Notes under the pieces: model-generated
The model's database searches: none
Told to the model about the DNA's origin: nothing
What the model saw: only the letters and a program-made list of their open reading frames with translations
Source of the DNA: a virus
Lineage: Duplodnaviria > Heunggongvirae > Uroviricota > Caudoviricetes
Reading direction: 5' to 3' (one strand)
Length of the DNA stretch: 64,000 nt
Virus record (IMG/VR): IMGVR_UViG_3300037312_000757
Made by a program: the position numbers and the translations under genes
Shown: piece after piece, positions 27,226 through 36,320 of the stretch
Layout: each line of letters opens with the position of its first letter
How positions within the stretch are numbered: the stretch's first letter is position 1

Positions 27226-27666
27226 TCATGAGAAATAATCCTCCGCTTGTTGCCAACTATAGACTTTCGCCCACCTGTATTCACCCTTAAACCACTCTAC
27301 CGCTTCGCTTCTTGGCATAGCGATGAAGCTCAACTTCACATCATCAGCTTCCAGCGGATACACGTCATCACTACTATACAGATTGCTGACAACAAAAAGT
27401 TCAGCTGCTCGCTCTTGAAAGTATGGATCACGCACAACTGAAGCCAGCACGTTACCTATAAATGCACTAGCGGTAAAAAACCGGTCGTGATTCTTGCTGA
27501 TGATTACGCGTGCAATACTTGGCAGCATAAAAGGAGTCACCATGTGCGTGTCAAAGAACGAGACTAATGAGTTGTTGCGTTCTGCAAACCACAGCGCTTT
27601 GTTTACCAAAGCCAGATTGCTCGATTCAGACGCATCAACTAACGAAAGCTTCATGTTGCGGTTCAT
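27226..27666 (-). CDS. Hypothetical protein
   Basis: ORF track; start approximate. Confidence 0.5.
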   Translation of the reverse strand: MNRNMKLSLVDASESSNLALVNKALWFAERNNSLVSFFDTHMVTPFMLPSIARVIISKNHDRFFTASAFIGNVLASVVRDPYFQERAAELFVVSNLYSSDDVYPLEADDVKLSFIAMPRSEAVEWFKGEYRWAKVYSWQQAEDYFS

Positions 27667-27721
27667 CTCGTTCCCTGCATGAGTAAGGTGTAGATTATAG
27701 CTGCAGGCGTTTTGTTTTACA

Positions 27722-28006
27722 CTACTTAGAAGCAACAACACACGTACCAAGCAGTTTCTGTCCGGCCTTCAGCGCAGCGACGTCATTGTGGTAGACAAAA
27801 GCAACCAGCTTCACTGCTGCGTCTTCTTCACGGATCGAGATGTCATCACTGTCACGAATGTGTGCGATAACGTCTTCTTCGGGTTGGCCATTGATGCGGC
27901 CTTCTTGAATCATGGAAACCATCTGTGCAGCGTCACCACATGTTGCAATCGGAGCAGCCACCACATTCACAGAAACTAGCGCAAGCAAGAGTGCAGCAAT
28001 CTTCAT
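27722..28006 (-). CDS. Secreted hypothetical protein
   Basis: Signal peptide; CGDAA...C pair. Confidence 0.65.
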   Translation of the reverse strand: MKIAALLLALVSVNVVAAPIATCGDAAQMVSMIQEGRINGQPEEDVIAHIRDSDDISIREEDAAVKLVAFVYHNDVAALKAGQKLLGTCVVASK

Positions 28007-28252
28007 CTAATCCTCATATTTGTTGTTCACCGTAAGCCAAATGATAAAATCACCTGGCTGGTGAATCAACTATTTTGTGAGGACTATTTCGACATGAGCG
28101 CCAGCGTCAGGCATTGCACGGTGCCTTTCACTTCGACAAACAGCGTGGTCGGATCACCATATTCAGATTCGAGAAATGCACAACGCTCAGTGTACGTGGT
28201 ATCACCGAGCAAGTCGTGTTGTAGATGCTCACCTACAGTGAGCAAGCTTTTG

Positions 28253-28690
28253 TCAAGCATTGTCGTCATCATATCCCTCTTTCTTTCGTACTTCCTTGAT
28301 GTGTCGGCAAAACTGCGGGCGCCGCATTTGAAAGCCCACGCATTCGCAACGCCACACATCTCCTTTGCGGGATACAGTGTACGTGTTGCCCTTACTGCCA
28401 GCAACGTCCCAGGTTTGAATGTCTTCCGCGGGGCGGGCAAGCTTGCCCGCCAGGTTGAACGCTTTGCCTGTTTCGTCCAACAGAGACACGATATGCTTGA
28501 TTGCGATCACCGCATTCGGGTGATCCTGCTTGCCGGTGAACACGCGAATAGTGCCTTCAGGGTCCCATTCTGCGCTGCGTACCAACTTTCCTTCGACCAC
28601 GTGATCGACGAAAGGGGGCTTGAAAAACTGCCAGCTCGTGTCTTCGCGAATCGTTACGCGGACCATCGAATTGTAAGCAGGCAGTTTCAT
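28253..28690 (-). CDS. SWIM-type zinc-finger protein
   Basis: VAGSKGNTYTV...WRCECVGF...CRHI; promoter TTGATT-16-TAGAAT at 28720-28747. Confidence 0.7.
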   Translation of the reverse strand: MKLPAYNSMVRVTIREDTSWQFFKPPFVDHVVEGKLVRSAEWDPEGTIRVFTGKQDHPNAVIAIKHIVSLLDETGKAFNLAGKLARPAEDIQTWDVAGSKGNTYTVSRKGDVWRCECVGFQMRRPQFCRHIKEVRKKEGYDDDNA

Positions 28691-29133
28691 GATGACCTCG
28701 GTTCGTTTGTGATGCTTCTATTCTACGTTCATATGGCGTAGAATCAAGCTAGAATCACTTCCGTTCCTTGCGTTCTCGGGTGAAATCAACAAGCGACATT
28801 TGACATTGATCCACCTGTCGCGCAGCTTCGCGTAGATTGCCAGTTGCGCGTTGCAAATTCAGCAACAACACATCTTCATGTGTCATGGTAGTACCAGCAG
28901 GTTGCTTGTCTTCGTACAGCAATGGATGGAAATGCAGCGGCCAACATTGAGTGCGGTTGATAAGACGGAACTGAACAGGTACGTCGCCATCGGGATCAGC
29001 TTCAAACTTGAGACTGATCAAACCGTTGATCAGTTCACTTAGTTGATCGAGGTCTTGCTGAGAACAAGGAGCCCAACCACCAGCACTTAGGTTTCGAGAC
29101 TCGAGAAACGCATTTACTTTCGTATCGAATTCA

Positions 29134-29598
29134 TCACGTGACATTTTCCACCTCCGTTTGATCGAATACAATGAGGCAATGTGAAACCGAATCACCAAAC
29201 CGCGCTTTGATGATCATCTTGATCAAAGTGTCAAGGCTCTCAAATTCTATCGAATCAAGTTGCGGCCCACTTTCGGGCCGTTCGCATAGCATGTACGCTT
29301 CGAGGCAATCCTTCATGGATTCGATCTGCACATTCCGTTCAAGGAACGACGTTAGCTCCACCAAAGCGTTCACACCGCTTACATGTCTCTTCGAGAACTG
29401 GCTCGGTAGCGCGGGAGTGACGACGTAAATTTCACTCTCCTCTAGGCCACAATCACCAGCGTATCGCCAGTGAACGTCGTAATCTAAACCTTCCAAGCTT
29501 TGGAGGTCCTGTAGGACCTTTTCCGGCTTATCACCGTCCCAGTTGATTTCTTGGTTCGTTTTGAGGTTCTCGATTGCGCCGTAGACTAGATTTTCCAC
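29134..29598 (-). CDS. Hypothetical protein
   Basis: GTG after GGAG. Confidence 0.6.
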   Translation of the reverse strand: MENLVYGAIENLKTNQEINWDGDKPEKVLQDLQSLEGLDYDVHWRYAGDCGLEESEIYVVTPALPSQFSKRHVSGVNALVELTSFLERNVQIESMKDCLEAYMLCERPESGPQLDSIEFESLDTLIKMIIKARFGDSVSHCLIVFDQTEVENVT

Positions 29599-29602
29599 GT
29601 AA

Positions 29603-29657
29603 TTCTCCGGTAAAGGTCATATTCATATGATACATTCATATGAATATGACCACAAGC
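29603..29657 (-). promoter_or_regulatory. Stem-loop early promoter with perfect 16-bp inverted repeat
   Basis: GGTCATATTCATATGA / TCATATGAATATGACC (29615-29651); TTGTGG-17-TATCAT. Confidence 0.8.
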
Positions 29658-30200
29658 CTACATCTTGTCGTACGTTGTTTCCACGTAGATGCCGAGTTCC
29701 TTCTGCTTCTCGATCGACCAGTCACGTGCTTCGTAGCACATTTCTGCGGTGAACCAAGCGAAGTGGCATTCTTCCTTCTCGATCTCGAAGAAGTTAGCAA
29801 GCGCTTGATATGCATCACTGCGGCTCATCTTGCCACTGCGCCACAGCTTTTCGAATGGATCTTTCGACAGCTTGCGAGCTTGACGCGTTTCTTCGTCAGC
29901 CAGCGTACCCAGAGGAATGTTGGTTTCCGGGTGCAAACCCACGTATGATCGGCAGTCATTGCACAGATAGACGTAGGGCCAATCACCGTACTCTTTGCCG
30001 TTGTAGACGACGCTGTTACGTTCCAGCGTGATATGTGTACCACCGCATAGATGGCACTTGGTGGGGATGGGGAGCGGATTCAATACCCGCTTCACGGCAT
30101 CAGGATTGGGGCTGGCAGGCGTCCAATGGTTAGTCTGGTGGTAGTTCTTACCAGGACGTGCTTTCTTCTTCATCTGTTCTTGCCATTCGTAGAGTTTCAT
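29658..30200 (-). CDS. DUF3268-family zinc-finger protein
   Basis: CHLCG...YLC..CRSYVGLHP.T.IPLGTLAD...R..R...FE.LW...MSRSDAY..LA...CHF..F. Confidence 0.75.
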   Translation of the reverse strand: MKLYEWQEQMKKKARPGKNYHQTNHWTPASPNPDAVKRVLNPLPIPTKCHLCGGTHITLERNSVVYNGKEYGDWPYVYLCNDCRSYVGLHPETNIPLGTLADEETRQARKLSKDPFEKLWRSGKMSRSDAYQALANFFEIEKEECHFAWFTAEMCYEARDWSIEKQKELGIYVETTYDKM

Positions 30201-30206
30201 CCACCA

Positions 30207-30262
30207 ACCCCTTGTAAATTATCATGTTCACATGGTACATTCAAGTGAACATGAACGCAAGC
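30207..30262 (-). promoter_or_regulatory. Stem-loop early promoter/RBS unit
   Basis: TTGCGT-17-TACCAT; TCATGTTCAC/GTGAACATGA. Confidence 0.85.
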
Positions 30263-30263
30263 C

Positions 30264-30698
30264 TTACAGGTGGTCGTTTTGCGGATCGTTCAGTACCGTG
30301 TCGATCACAGGCTTGATTGCGTTGAACGTGAACGGGCGGAAAGAGAACACCGAATATGGAGCACCAGCACAGTATCGACTGCAGAAGCGTTCAACTTTGA
30401 ACAGTGGTCCATTTTGGCACGTGTCAATAGTCTGCTTGATAGTCTGCTGCTTTGAATCGAAATACTTGTAGTTGATGAACAGATATGGCTTCGTGGCCAG
30501 CTCAGGGGTCGAGACTGGACTCACACACTCAACCGTGATCCAGTCCAGACCACGGCTCTGAAACGTGGTATTGTACTCGTTGCGGAATTGATCGCGAATG
30601 AATGAATTTTCACCCATGTCAACAAAACTCGGCGATGCAGGAGATTGTCCACAACCAACAAGGCTCAGTGCAGCTATTGTTATTATCGCTCGTTTCAT
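30264..30698 (-). CDS. Lipoprotein
   Basis: Lipobox LVGC. Confidence 0.65.
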   Translation of the reverse strand: MKRAIITIAALSLVGCGQSPASPSFVDMGENSFIRDQFRNEYNTTFQSRGLDWITVECVSPVSTPELATKPYLFINYKYFDSKQQTIKQTIDTCQNGPLFKVERFCSRYCAGAPYSVFSFRPFTFNAIKPVIDTVLNDPQNDHL

Positions 30699-30992
30699 TT
30701 AAAGGTTACAATAGATCTCCACAGTTCCTATTCGAAAGCTTCGCTTATGAAAGTGGATAGGGTTGTCGTCTTTGATGGACACCCGTTCGGTGCCATCTGC
30801 TTCTACGATGGTAAATTCTTTGCTTTCGTTTATCAATGCCAGAAAGGCATCTAGGTGGCGACTGGCAAGTTCGTTATTGGGGAAGAGGGAATTGTGCTGG
30901 ACATTGGCGCGTATTATGTCATCGTGACACAGGAAGTAATACCTAGTGCCATCGTTGAACGCAATAGTGGAGAGTTGGTTGTAGAAATCCAT
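30699..30992 (-). CDS. Hypothetical protein
   Basis: ORF track. Confidence 0.55.
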   Translation of the reverse strand: MDFYNQLSTIAFNDGTRYYFLCHDDIIRANVQHNSLFPNNELASRHLDAFLALINESKEFTIVEADGTERVSIKDDNPIHFHKRSFRIGTVEIYCNL

Positions 30993-31181
30993 GACCTCTG
31001 CCTGGGTTTGGTAGCTTTCTTTAATTGATTCATGAAGATCATTAGATAAAGTTAATAACCTCCATGAATTATCGTTGAATTATGGTAGCACCAATAAGAA
31101 GATAGCTACCATACAGACAGACCACAGTATGATAGCTATCAATGCTCTTAGGAAGGGTTTACTTGAGGGAGGTTCTGACAT

Positions 31182-31589
31182 TTACGCTGGTTGCATGAAC
31201 TGCAGAGCGATGTTTTTTGCTTTGTGGTACTGTTTGAGTTTGTCTTCGTAGAGGAAGACCATGTAGGCGAGTTGCCGGGTGTAATCGATGAACATTGCGG
31301 CTTCGTGTTCGATTTGTTTGATGTCATCGAGATTGGGGTGGATGTTGGTTCTGCGGAAGAGTTCGCCGGCGATGGTTGATCGCATTTCGACTTCGTAGTT
31401 GGAGGCTTGGTGTTCTTTGTTGAACTCGTTGGCCTTTGCTTTGTTGCTCAGGCTGCGGTATGCGTCTTGGATGAAGACGTCCCAACCGTCGAAGAGATCG
31501 GAGTTGGATGATTGGCGATTGAATTTGGTGGGGGTGAATTTGTATTCACCCAGGATTACTTTCATGATTGTGTTCAGCACATTCTTCAT
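31182..31589 (-). CDS. Hypothetical protein
   Basis: SD AAGGAG. Confidence 0.65.
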   Translation of the reverse strand: MKNVLNTIMKVILGEYKFTPTKFNRQSSNSDLFDGWDVFIQDAYRSLSNKAKANEFNKEHQASNYEVEMRSTIAGELFRRTNIHPNLDDIKQIEHEAAMFIDYTRQLAYMVFLYEDKLKQYHKAKNIALQFMQPA

Positions 31590-31646
31590 GTTATCTCCTT
31601 GTTAGATGAACGATTGCTTGCCATTGTAAATGAATGGCGATATGAA

Positions 31647-32039
31647 TCAAGCAGTGACGTGGAGTTTGCCGATGCCGTTGTGGAGGGTTTGTTCAAGCCA
31701 ATGCAAACCCAATGCCAACTGTTTGCGATAGCTTGGGCCAATGCAAGTGCGTTCGAGAGAGCTGATAACCTCGATGTTTGCCAGCCGCCCAGTACGGCGA
31801 AAGAGTTCAGTTTGCAGATGCAACGTGATACGATGCGCATAGGCTGTCATGGTCCGGTTGTTGACCTTGATCAGTTGCGTGGCGTCAGGTTGAGCGCACA
31901 ACAGCGTGGCGAGCTTTTCCACGAATTGCTCCCACTCAGCATAGTTTGCTTGTTGGGCGGGTTGTGGTTGCCCGTATGCAACGTTCACGAGTGCTGTCAT
32001 TGTGGTCCCCCTGTGCGATATCAAGTTAGTGCAAAACAA
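31647..32039 (-). CDS. Hypothetical protein
   Basis: Promoter TTGACT-17-AATAAT at 32064-32092; terminator at about 32105-32130. Confidence 0.55.
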   Translation of the reverse strand: MFCTNLISHRGTTMTALVNVAYGQPQPAQQANYAEWEQFVEKLATLLCAQPDATQLIKVNNRTMTAYAHRITLHLQTELFRRTGRLANIEVISSLERTCIGPSYRKQLALGLHWLEQTLHNGIGKLHVTA

Positions 32040-32147
32040 AAGATTTTACAACAACTAAACTTGATTATTGGTTCATTTGGCGCACCAGTCAAGCATAGAA
32101 TGAACGAAGGCCCCACACTGTGGGGCCTTCGTCTTTAGCTAACCAGC

Positions 32148-33680
32148 TTATGCTGCGAGCTTGTATTCAACAGGCTCAAAAGCATCAGCCGTAACGCCTG
32201 CACTAGCGCGTTCGCGAGCACCGTCAAATGCGTCTACTTCGTTGCAGAAGTGTTCACCATTTTCGAACACGACGTTGTGGATGATGGGTTCACCACCCCA
32301 CATCTTGCGGTCGATACTACGGATAGTACCGTCCGCTTCACGCACGTTGATGATGAAGCCTGACAGGGACTTCTTCTTGCTGTCGGTGATAGGTTCCTTC
32401 AGCAATGCAATCCAGTCGCCGTTGACGCTTGCGTCGCGGTTAAACGACATCGCCACAGCTTTTTGCGAGAACGAGAATTCGTCGCGACCAGCTTCGTGGG
32501 TCAAGCCACCGCCCATACCAAACAGGAAGCTACCGAACGACCAACCAGCGTCATCGCACGCAGCCTTGAGAATAACAGGGATGCTGTGCAGGTTGATACC
32601 GTCACCTTGCAGAACGCCGATGTATGGTACCAGTTCCTTGTAACCCAGCTTGTTGATGGTGTAACCGAAGGTGTCACCAGCCAGTTGCAGGATCTTTGGA
32701 ACTTCGACTTCAGGAACACCGCTGTCAGGACGCAGAACCAGCTTTGCGCCTGCTGCGCCGCATGCTTCGATGCGAGGCTTCAGCTCAGGGCCACCGAGGA
32801 ATTCGGTGATGAAACGGTATGCGTTGTAAGTGTCGATAACGACGCTAACGATCGGCAGCCCTTTCAGTGTACCGGCCTTCATGCGACGAACCTTTTCTTC
32901 CAACAGTTCGACCGCCATCACTGCTGCGCCGAAGTCGTTCTTGGTCTTCGCGTCTGAGTTGGCACACATCGTGCTGTGCTCAGTTGCGTCAACCGAACTG
33001 GTGTAGGGCTTCTTGGTGTTGTACAACTTCTTGATGTTGATGTTTGCGCGGCTGCAATCGCTGCCCGAGAACAGCATTGCGTGAGCGATTCCCGCCCATT
33101 GCGCAGCTTCATCGGAGTCAGCACCACGGTCACCAAAGTTGTGAAGTTGGTATTGCACCATAAACGGGTCAGCACCAGTCTTGACTGCATATTCCATCAG
33201 CTTTTCGTACACAGCACGGCTGATAGACGACACGGTCATGAACTTCCAGATGATACGTTGTACAACGGTTTCAACGTAGGATGGCAACCATGCAAAATCA
33301 GGATGGGTATTGACGACGGTCAAAACTGCGGTGTTCGGCAGAATGAGAGTGCCATCCGGCAGAGCTTCGATGCGCAGTGGGAGACGACCGTCAAACTCAT
33401 CAACAATCTTGCGCCAGCCTGCTTCATTGATATCGTAGCCTTGCTCGCCAGCTTCGAGAACTGCTTCGTCGATCATGGCGTGGGTGATGCGAATTGTTGC
33501 CAGGAACTTCGCAAGGTACGTGACACCAGACGTCACCAGAAGCTTGCTCACACCGTTTAGCTTGCGTGGAACCACGCTCGACTGCACGTAACAAACACCA
33601 ACAGGCAGTTGCTTGTAGTGACCGAACTTGTAGCTGTCTTGAGCCAGAATGAAGTTGTTGTTGAGAAGTGTTGCTGTCAT
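32148..33680 (-). CDS. nadV: Nicotinamide phosphoribosyltransferase
   Basis: DSYK.GH..Q, LHNFGDRG, EHSTM, VVIDTY, LRPDSG, QGDG, FGMGGGL, FSQKA, KKSLSG. Confidence 0.92.
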   Translation of the reverse strand: MTATLLNNNFILAQDSYKFGHYKQLPVGVCYVQSSVVPRKLNGVSKLLVTSGVTYLAKFLATIRITHAMIDEAVLEAGEQGYDINEAGWRKIVDEFDGRLPLRIEALPDGTLILPNTAVLTVVNTHPDFAWLPSYVETVVQRIIWKFMTVSSISRAVYEKLMEYAVKTGADPFMVQYQLHNFGDRGADSDEAAQWAGIAHAMLFSGSDCSRANINIKKLYNTKKPYTSSVDATEHSTMCANSDAKTKNDFGAAVMAVELLEEKVRRMKAGTLKGLPIVSVVIDTYNAYRFITEFLGGPELKPRIEACGAAGAKLVLRPDSGVPEVEVPKILQLAGDTFGYTINKLGYKELVPYIGVLQGDGINLHSIPVILKAACDDAGWSFGSFLFGMGGGLTHEAGRDEFSFSQKAVAMSFNRDASVNGDWIALLKEPITDSKKKSLSGFIINVREADGTIRSIDRKMWGGEPIIHNVVFENGEHFCNEVDAFDGARERASAGVTADAFEPVEYKLAA

Positions 33681-33706
33681 GATAAAATTCCTTTATCTAC
33701 GAAATG

Positions 33707-33725
33707 CCCCAAGTCTATCTCGGGG
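33707..33725 (-). promoter_or_regulatory. Leader hairpin with AUAGA loop upstream of nadV
   Basis: CCCCGAG-ATAGA-CTTGGGG. Confidence 0.55.
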
Positions 33726-33801
33726 ACTTTGGGTTAAAAGTTACTGCTGGTGCCAATTGTAAATTGTTTTTTAAATGGCACAATATCAAGGTGGCTAAAT
33801 T

Positions 33802-34905
33802 TTACTTAGCCAATTGGCCCTTTGCCCAGAGCAGCATGTCATAGTGATCTTCGAAACACTCAACACGCTTTACTTGGTGAATCGGGCGCCAGATCGCTTG
33901 CTTTGCGTCGTCGCGACCTTTGACCTTCGGCAAACCAGGAAACGCCTTGTCGTCGAGTAGAATCAACTGTGCTGTCGTGATAACGCGGCCACGACGTGAA
34001 CGCTTCTGATGAGCAAAACGCTTTTCAGTTACAATGCTACCACGCACGGCTAGTTCTGGTACCTTGATGCGTGTTTCTTCGACTAGTTCGCGGATAGCAG
34101 TGTCTACTACGTCAGCATCAGCAGGTTCCATCTTACCGTCAACCATTTCTGGTTCGGCACGCATGAATCCACCAGGCATTGCCCACAGACCCTTTCCAGG
34201 TTGTGACTTGCGCTCGATCATGAGCACATGGCCTGACTTAATCACGATAGCGTCGCCGGTCTGGAAGATCGGTGGGTACTTACTACCTGCACGGGTTGCC
34301 AGCTTGTAATTCTTGATGTAGTTGGCTTCCGCGACAATATAGTCGTAAGCTTCCGTGTGCATGAATTCTTCCAGAAAGCTGATCGTCGATTCTGGGCAGA
34401 CATGCCGGAAGAAGTCTAGGTTGTTCTTCTTGCTGAAATACAGCTCTCGAATGGTAGTCGCATCCAGCACATCGAATTGCGGCGTCAGGATAGGCGTACC
34501 CCATTGCGGGAACATGTTGAGATAGAAACTTGATTCGTCCTTGTTATGGCCGATCAGCTTCGTATTGCCGTGACAATGACCCTCGACTGCATCGGCGACC
34601 CATGTCGCCCATTGCGTGTTGTTATACATGCTGTTCTCGACAGACATGAAGTTCACATCGCAGTTGTATTTTTGCTTGAAATCAGCAGTGATGCGGCGAC
34701 CAACCTCGATCCGTTCGTCTTGATAGAACGGATTGTCTTCGTCGCGCGGCTGATTTGCCGAACCATAAATCAGGTTCAGCGTACCGCATTGCATGGCCGC
34801 TTCGCGCATTGTGCGCTCGTGAGCATTGTGCTGTGGCTGGCCACGAAGAATGAAGTTGATTGTGTCGACGCGTTCTGACGCAGGTGTGATGATGTTCATC
34901 GTCAT
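33802..34905 (-). CDS. natV: Bifunctional NMN adenylyltransferase / Nudix (ADP-ribose pyrophosphatase)
   Basis: RGQPQHNAH (HxGH variant), GSAN...NPF, YN..QW, GH.KD.SSFYL..FP, DAT.IR; Nudix box PGGF...AIRELVEET; DDA, FEDH. Confidence 0.88.
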   Translation of the reverse strand: MTMNIITPASERVDTINFILRGQPQHNAHERTMREAAMQCGTLNLIYGSANQPRDEDNPFYQDERIEVGRRITADFKQKYNCDVNFMSVENSMYNNTQWATWVADAVEGHCHGNTKLIGHNKDESSFYLNMFPQWGTPILTPQFDVLDATTIRELYFSKKNNLDFFRHVCPESTISFLEEFMHTEAYDYIVAEANYIKNYKLATRAGSKYPPIFQTGDAIVIKSGHVLMIERKSQPGKGLWAMPGGFMRAEPEMVDGKMEPADADVVDTAIRELVEETRIKVPELAVRGSIVTEKRFAHQKRSRRGRVITTAQLILLDDKAFPGLPKVKGRDDAKQAIWRPIHQVKRVECFEDHYDMLLWAKGQLAK

Positions 34906-34924
34906 AATTCCTATGAGAAAAAGG

Positions 34925-34949
34925 CGATAAGCGGTCTATCCGCAAATCG
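34925..34949 (-). promoter_or_regulatory. Leader hairpin with AUAGA loop upstream of natV
   Basis: CGAT-TT-GCGG-ATAGA-CCGC-TT-ATCG. Confidence 0.55.
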
Positions 34950-35060
34950 GTGAAACTTGAATTGTAAAACTGTGTAGGAGAACAACTAAAGATGCATTAC
35001 AGCGTGATGTCCATGGTTCCCATGAACTCTAGCAGCTTGAATCTTCTCTCACCGTACTTC

Positions 35061-35068
35061 TATTTATA
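35061..35068 (-). promoter_or_regulatory. T4-type late promoter
   Basis: TATAAATA. Confidence 0.55.
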
Positions 35069-35093
35069 AACGCACTTAATGAAACTGTCAAAA

Positions 35094-35351
35094 TTAGATT
35101 TCAACTTCATAACCTAATTCTGACCAAGGCTTAATGTCGCTCAGCTTGTCTTCAAGCGTCCAGTATTCCTTGATCGAAACAGTCTCACCTTGGTTTGTCA
35201 CCGTTCGTGTCCGCTCATAAATGTGATCGAGCCAAACAGTTCGGTCACGATACTTGATCGGAGTGAACGCGAAGACTTCCTTCCATTCAGTAAGTCTTGT
35301 TCGTTGCTGCCTTCTCTGGCGAATGCGGCCGGGTAAGATGTCTTCGAAGAT
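35094..35351 (-). pseudogene. Start-less paralog of 35382..35642 (pseudogene or non-canonical start)
   Basis: 85 open codons after AGGAGG with no ATG/GTG/TTG near the 5' end; WKEVFAFTPI...VWL..IYER...EY.TL.D.L. Confidence 0.5.
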
Positions 35352-35381
35352 GACCTCCTATTGCTTAGTTGCCAGTCTAAC

Positions 35382-35642
35382 TTAAAACCTGCTAAGATAG
35401 TCCATCAAGGTGGTATATTCCCACTCAACCGGGTGAGTAATCGACTCTACACGATAATCGGCATATTCCCATGTGACCTTCAACAACACTTGGCGTCGAT
35501 ACACTTTGGTGAGCCAATACCGCGTACCATTTATAACCACCGGCTTCCAAGCAAACCACTCTTTCCAAGGAGTGGTTATCTGCTCATATGGTATAGCATC
35601 CATTGCTGCTTTCCATCGTTGCTGATATTCACGCTTGATCAA
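35382..35642 (-). CDS. Hypothetical protein
   Basis: WKEWFAWKPV...YWL..VYRR. Confidence 0.65.
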   Translation of the reverse strand: MIKREYQQRWKAAMDAIPYEQITTPWKEWFAWKPVVINGTRYWLTKVYRRQVLLKVTWEYADYRVESITHPVEWEYTTLMDYLSRF

Positions 35643-36319
35643 GGAACAGTTGGTGCGTTGAGAGCGCGAGCTTCCTTGTCATCGCCAACAATACGTAGTG
35701 CCATCTGTTCAATGTCACGGATCTTTGACATCGTAGGCCAGTCAGAAGCCCAGAACGTTACTTCTTGGGTAACGCAATTAGTACCACCGCTACCTGAGCC
35801 GCAGTGAATCGACGAACCAGAAAAATAGTTAGAGAGCAACGTTGTGCGATTCTGATTCTTGTTTGCTGGCGGCGTAAATTTGATTTCTAGCTGTGCATGC
35901 CAACCTGGATATCCTCTCGGGGCACCTGGTTTGTCACCACCCCAGTTAGTCACACCACCAATTGGACACCCGTGTGAGTTTGAACGATGTTGACTATATC
36001 TCAGCAAACTTAGGGTGATCTCAGCAGGGCGACGCCATTCGTCATAATTGAATTGTTTCTTGTTTGTGACCCAATCATGATCGTGAGCATTTCGACAGAA
36101 ATATTCCCAGTTGTCGAACAAGAACTGCTTGAACTCGTCGAAATTGGTGATTTGCTCACGCATGTTCGTGAACCACGCAGTGCGTGCTGCTCTGATCTTG
36201 GCTGCTCGCTTTTGCTCTAACGAGGCGGCAGCCAGCACACGGAGATGGTTGAGGTATTCATCCGTGTGTTCAAACAGCAAACCCGTTCGGGGGCATTTCC
36301 AAGCTTGAATGATTGGCAT
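35639..36319 (-). CDS. Hypothetical protein
   Basis: ORF track; operon overlap. Confidence 0.7.
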   Translation of the reverse strand: MPIIQAWKCPRTGLLFEHTDEYLNHLRVLAAASLEQKRAAKIRAARTAWFTNMREQITNFDEFKQFLFDNWEYFCRNAHDHDWVTNKKQFNYDEWRRPAEITLSLLRYSQHRSNSHGCPIGGVTNWGGDKPGAPRGYPGWHAQLEIKFTPPANKNQNRTTLLSNYFSGSSIHCGSGSGGTNCVTQEVTFWASDWPTMSKIRDIEQMALRIVGDDKEARALNAPTVP

Positions 36320-36320
36320 A

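Noticed and set aside
30200-30262. Known DUF3268-associated RNA motif upstream of the DUF3268 gene
   Set aside because: The leader is fully explained by the stem-loop promoter unit; I cannot support a match without a covariance search.
34993-35110. TAG stop-codon reassignment (short frame MKLKSNFDSFIKCVYK-TAG-KYGERRFKLLEF..., plus the in-frame TAG before 35351)
   Set aside because: All long ORFs, early and late, are intact in code 11. TAG clearly ends genes at 20812 and 24420. This TAG overlaps a TATAAATA promoter.
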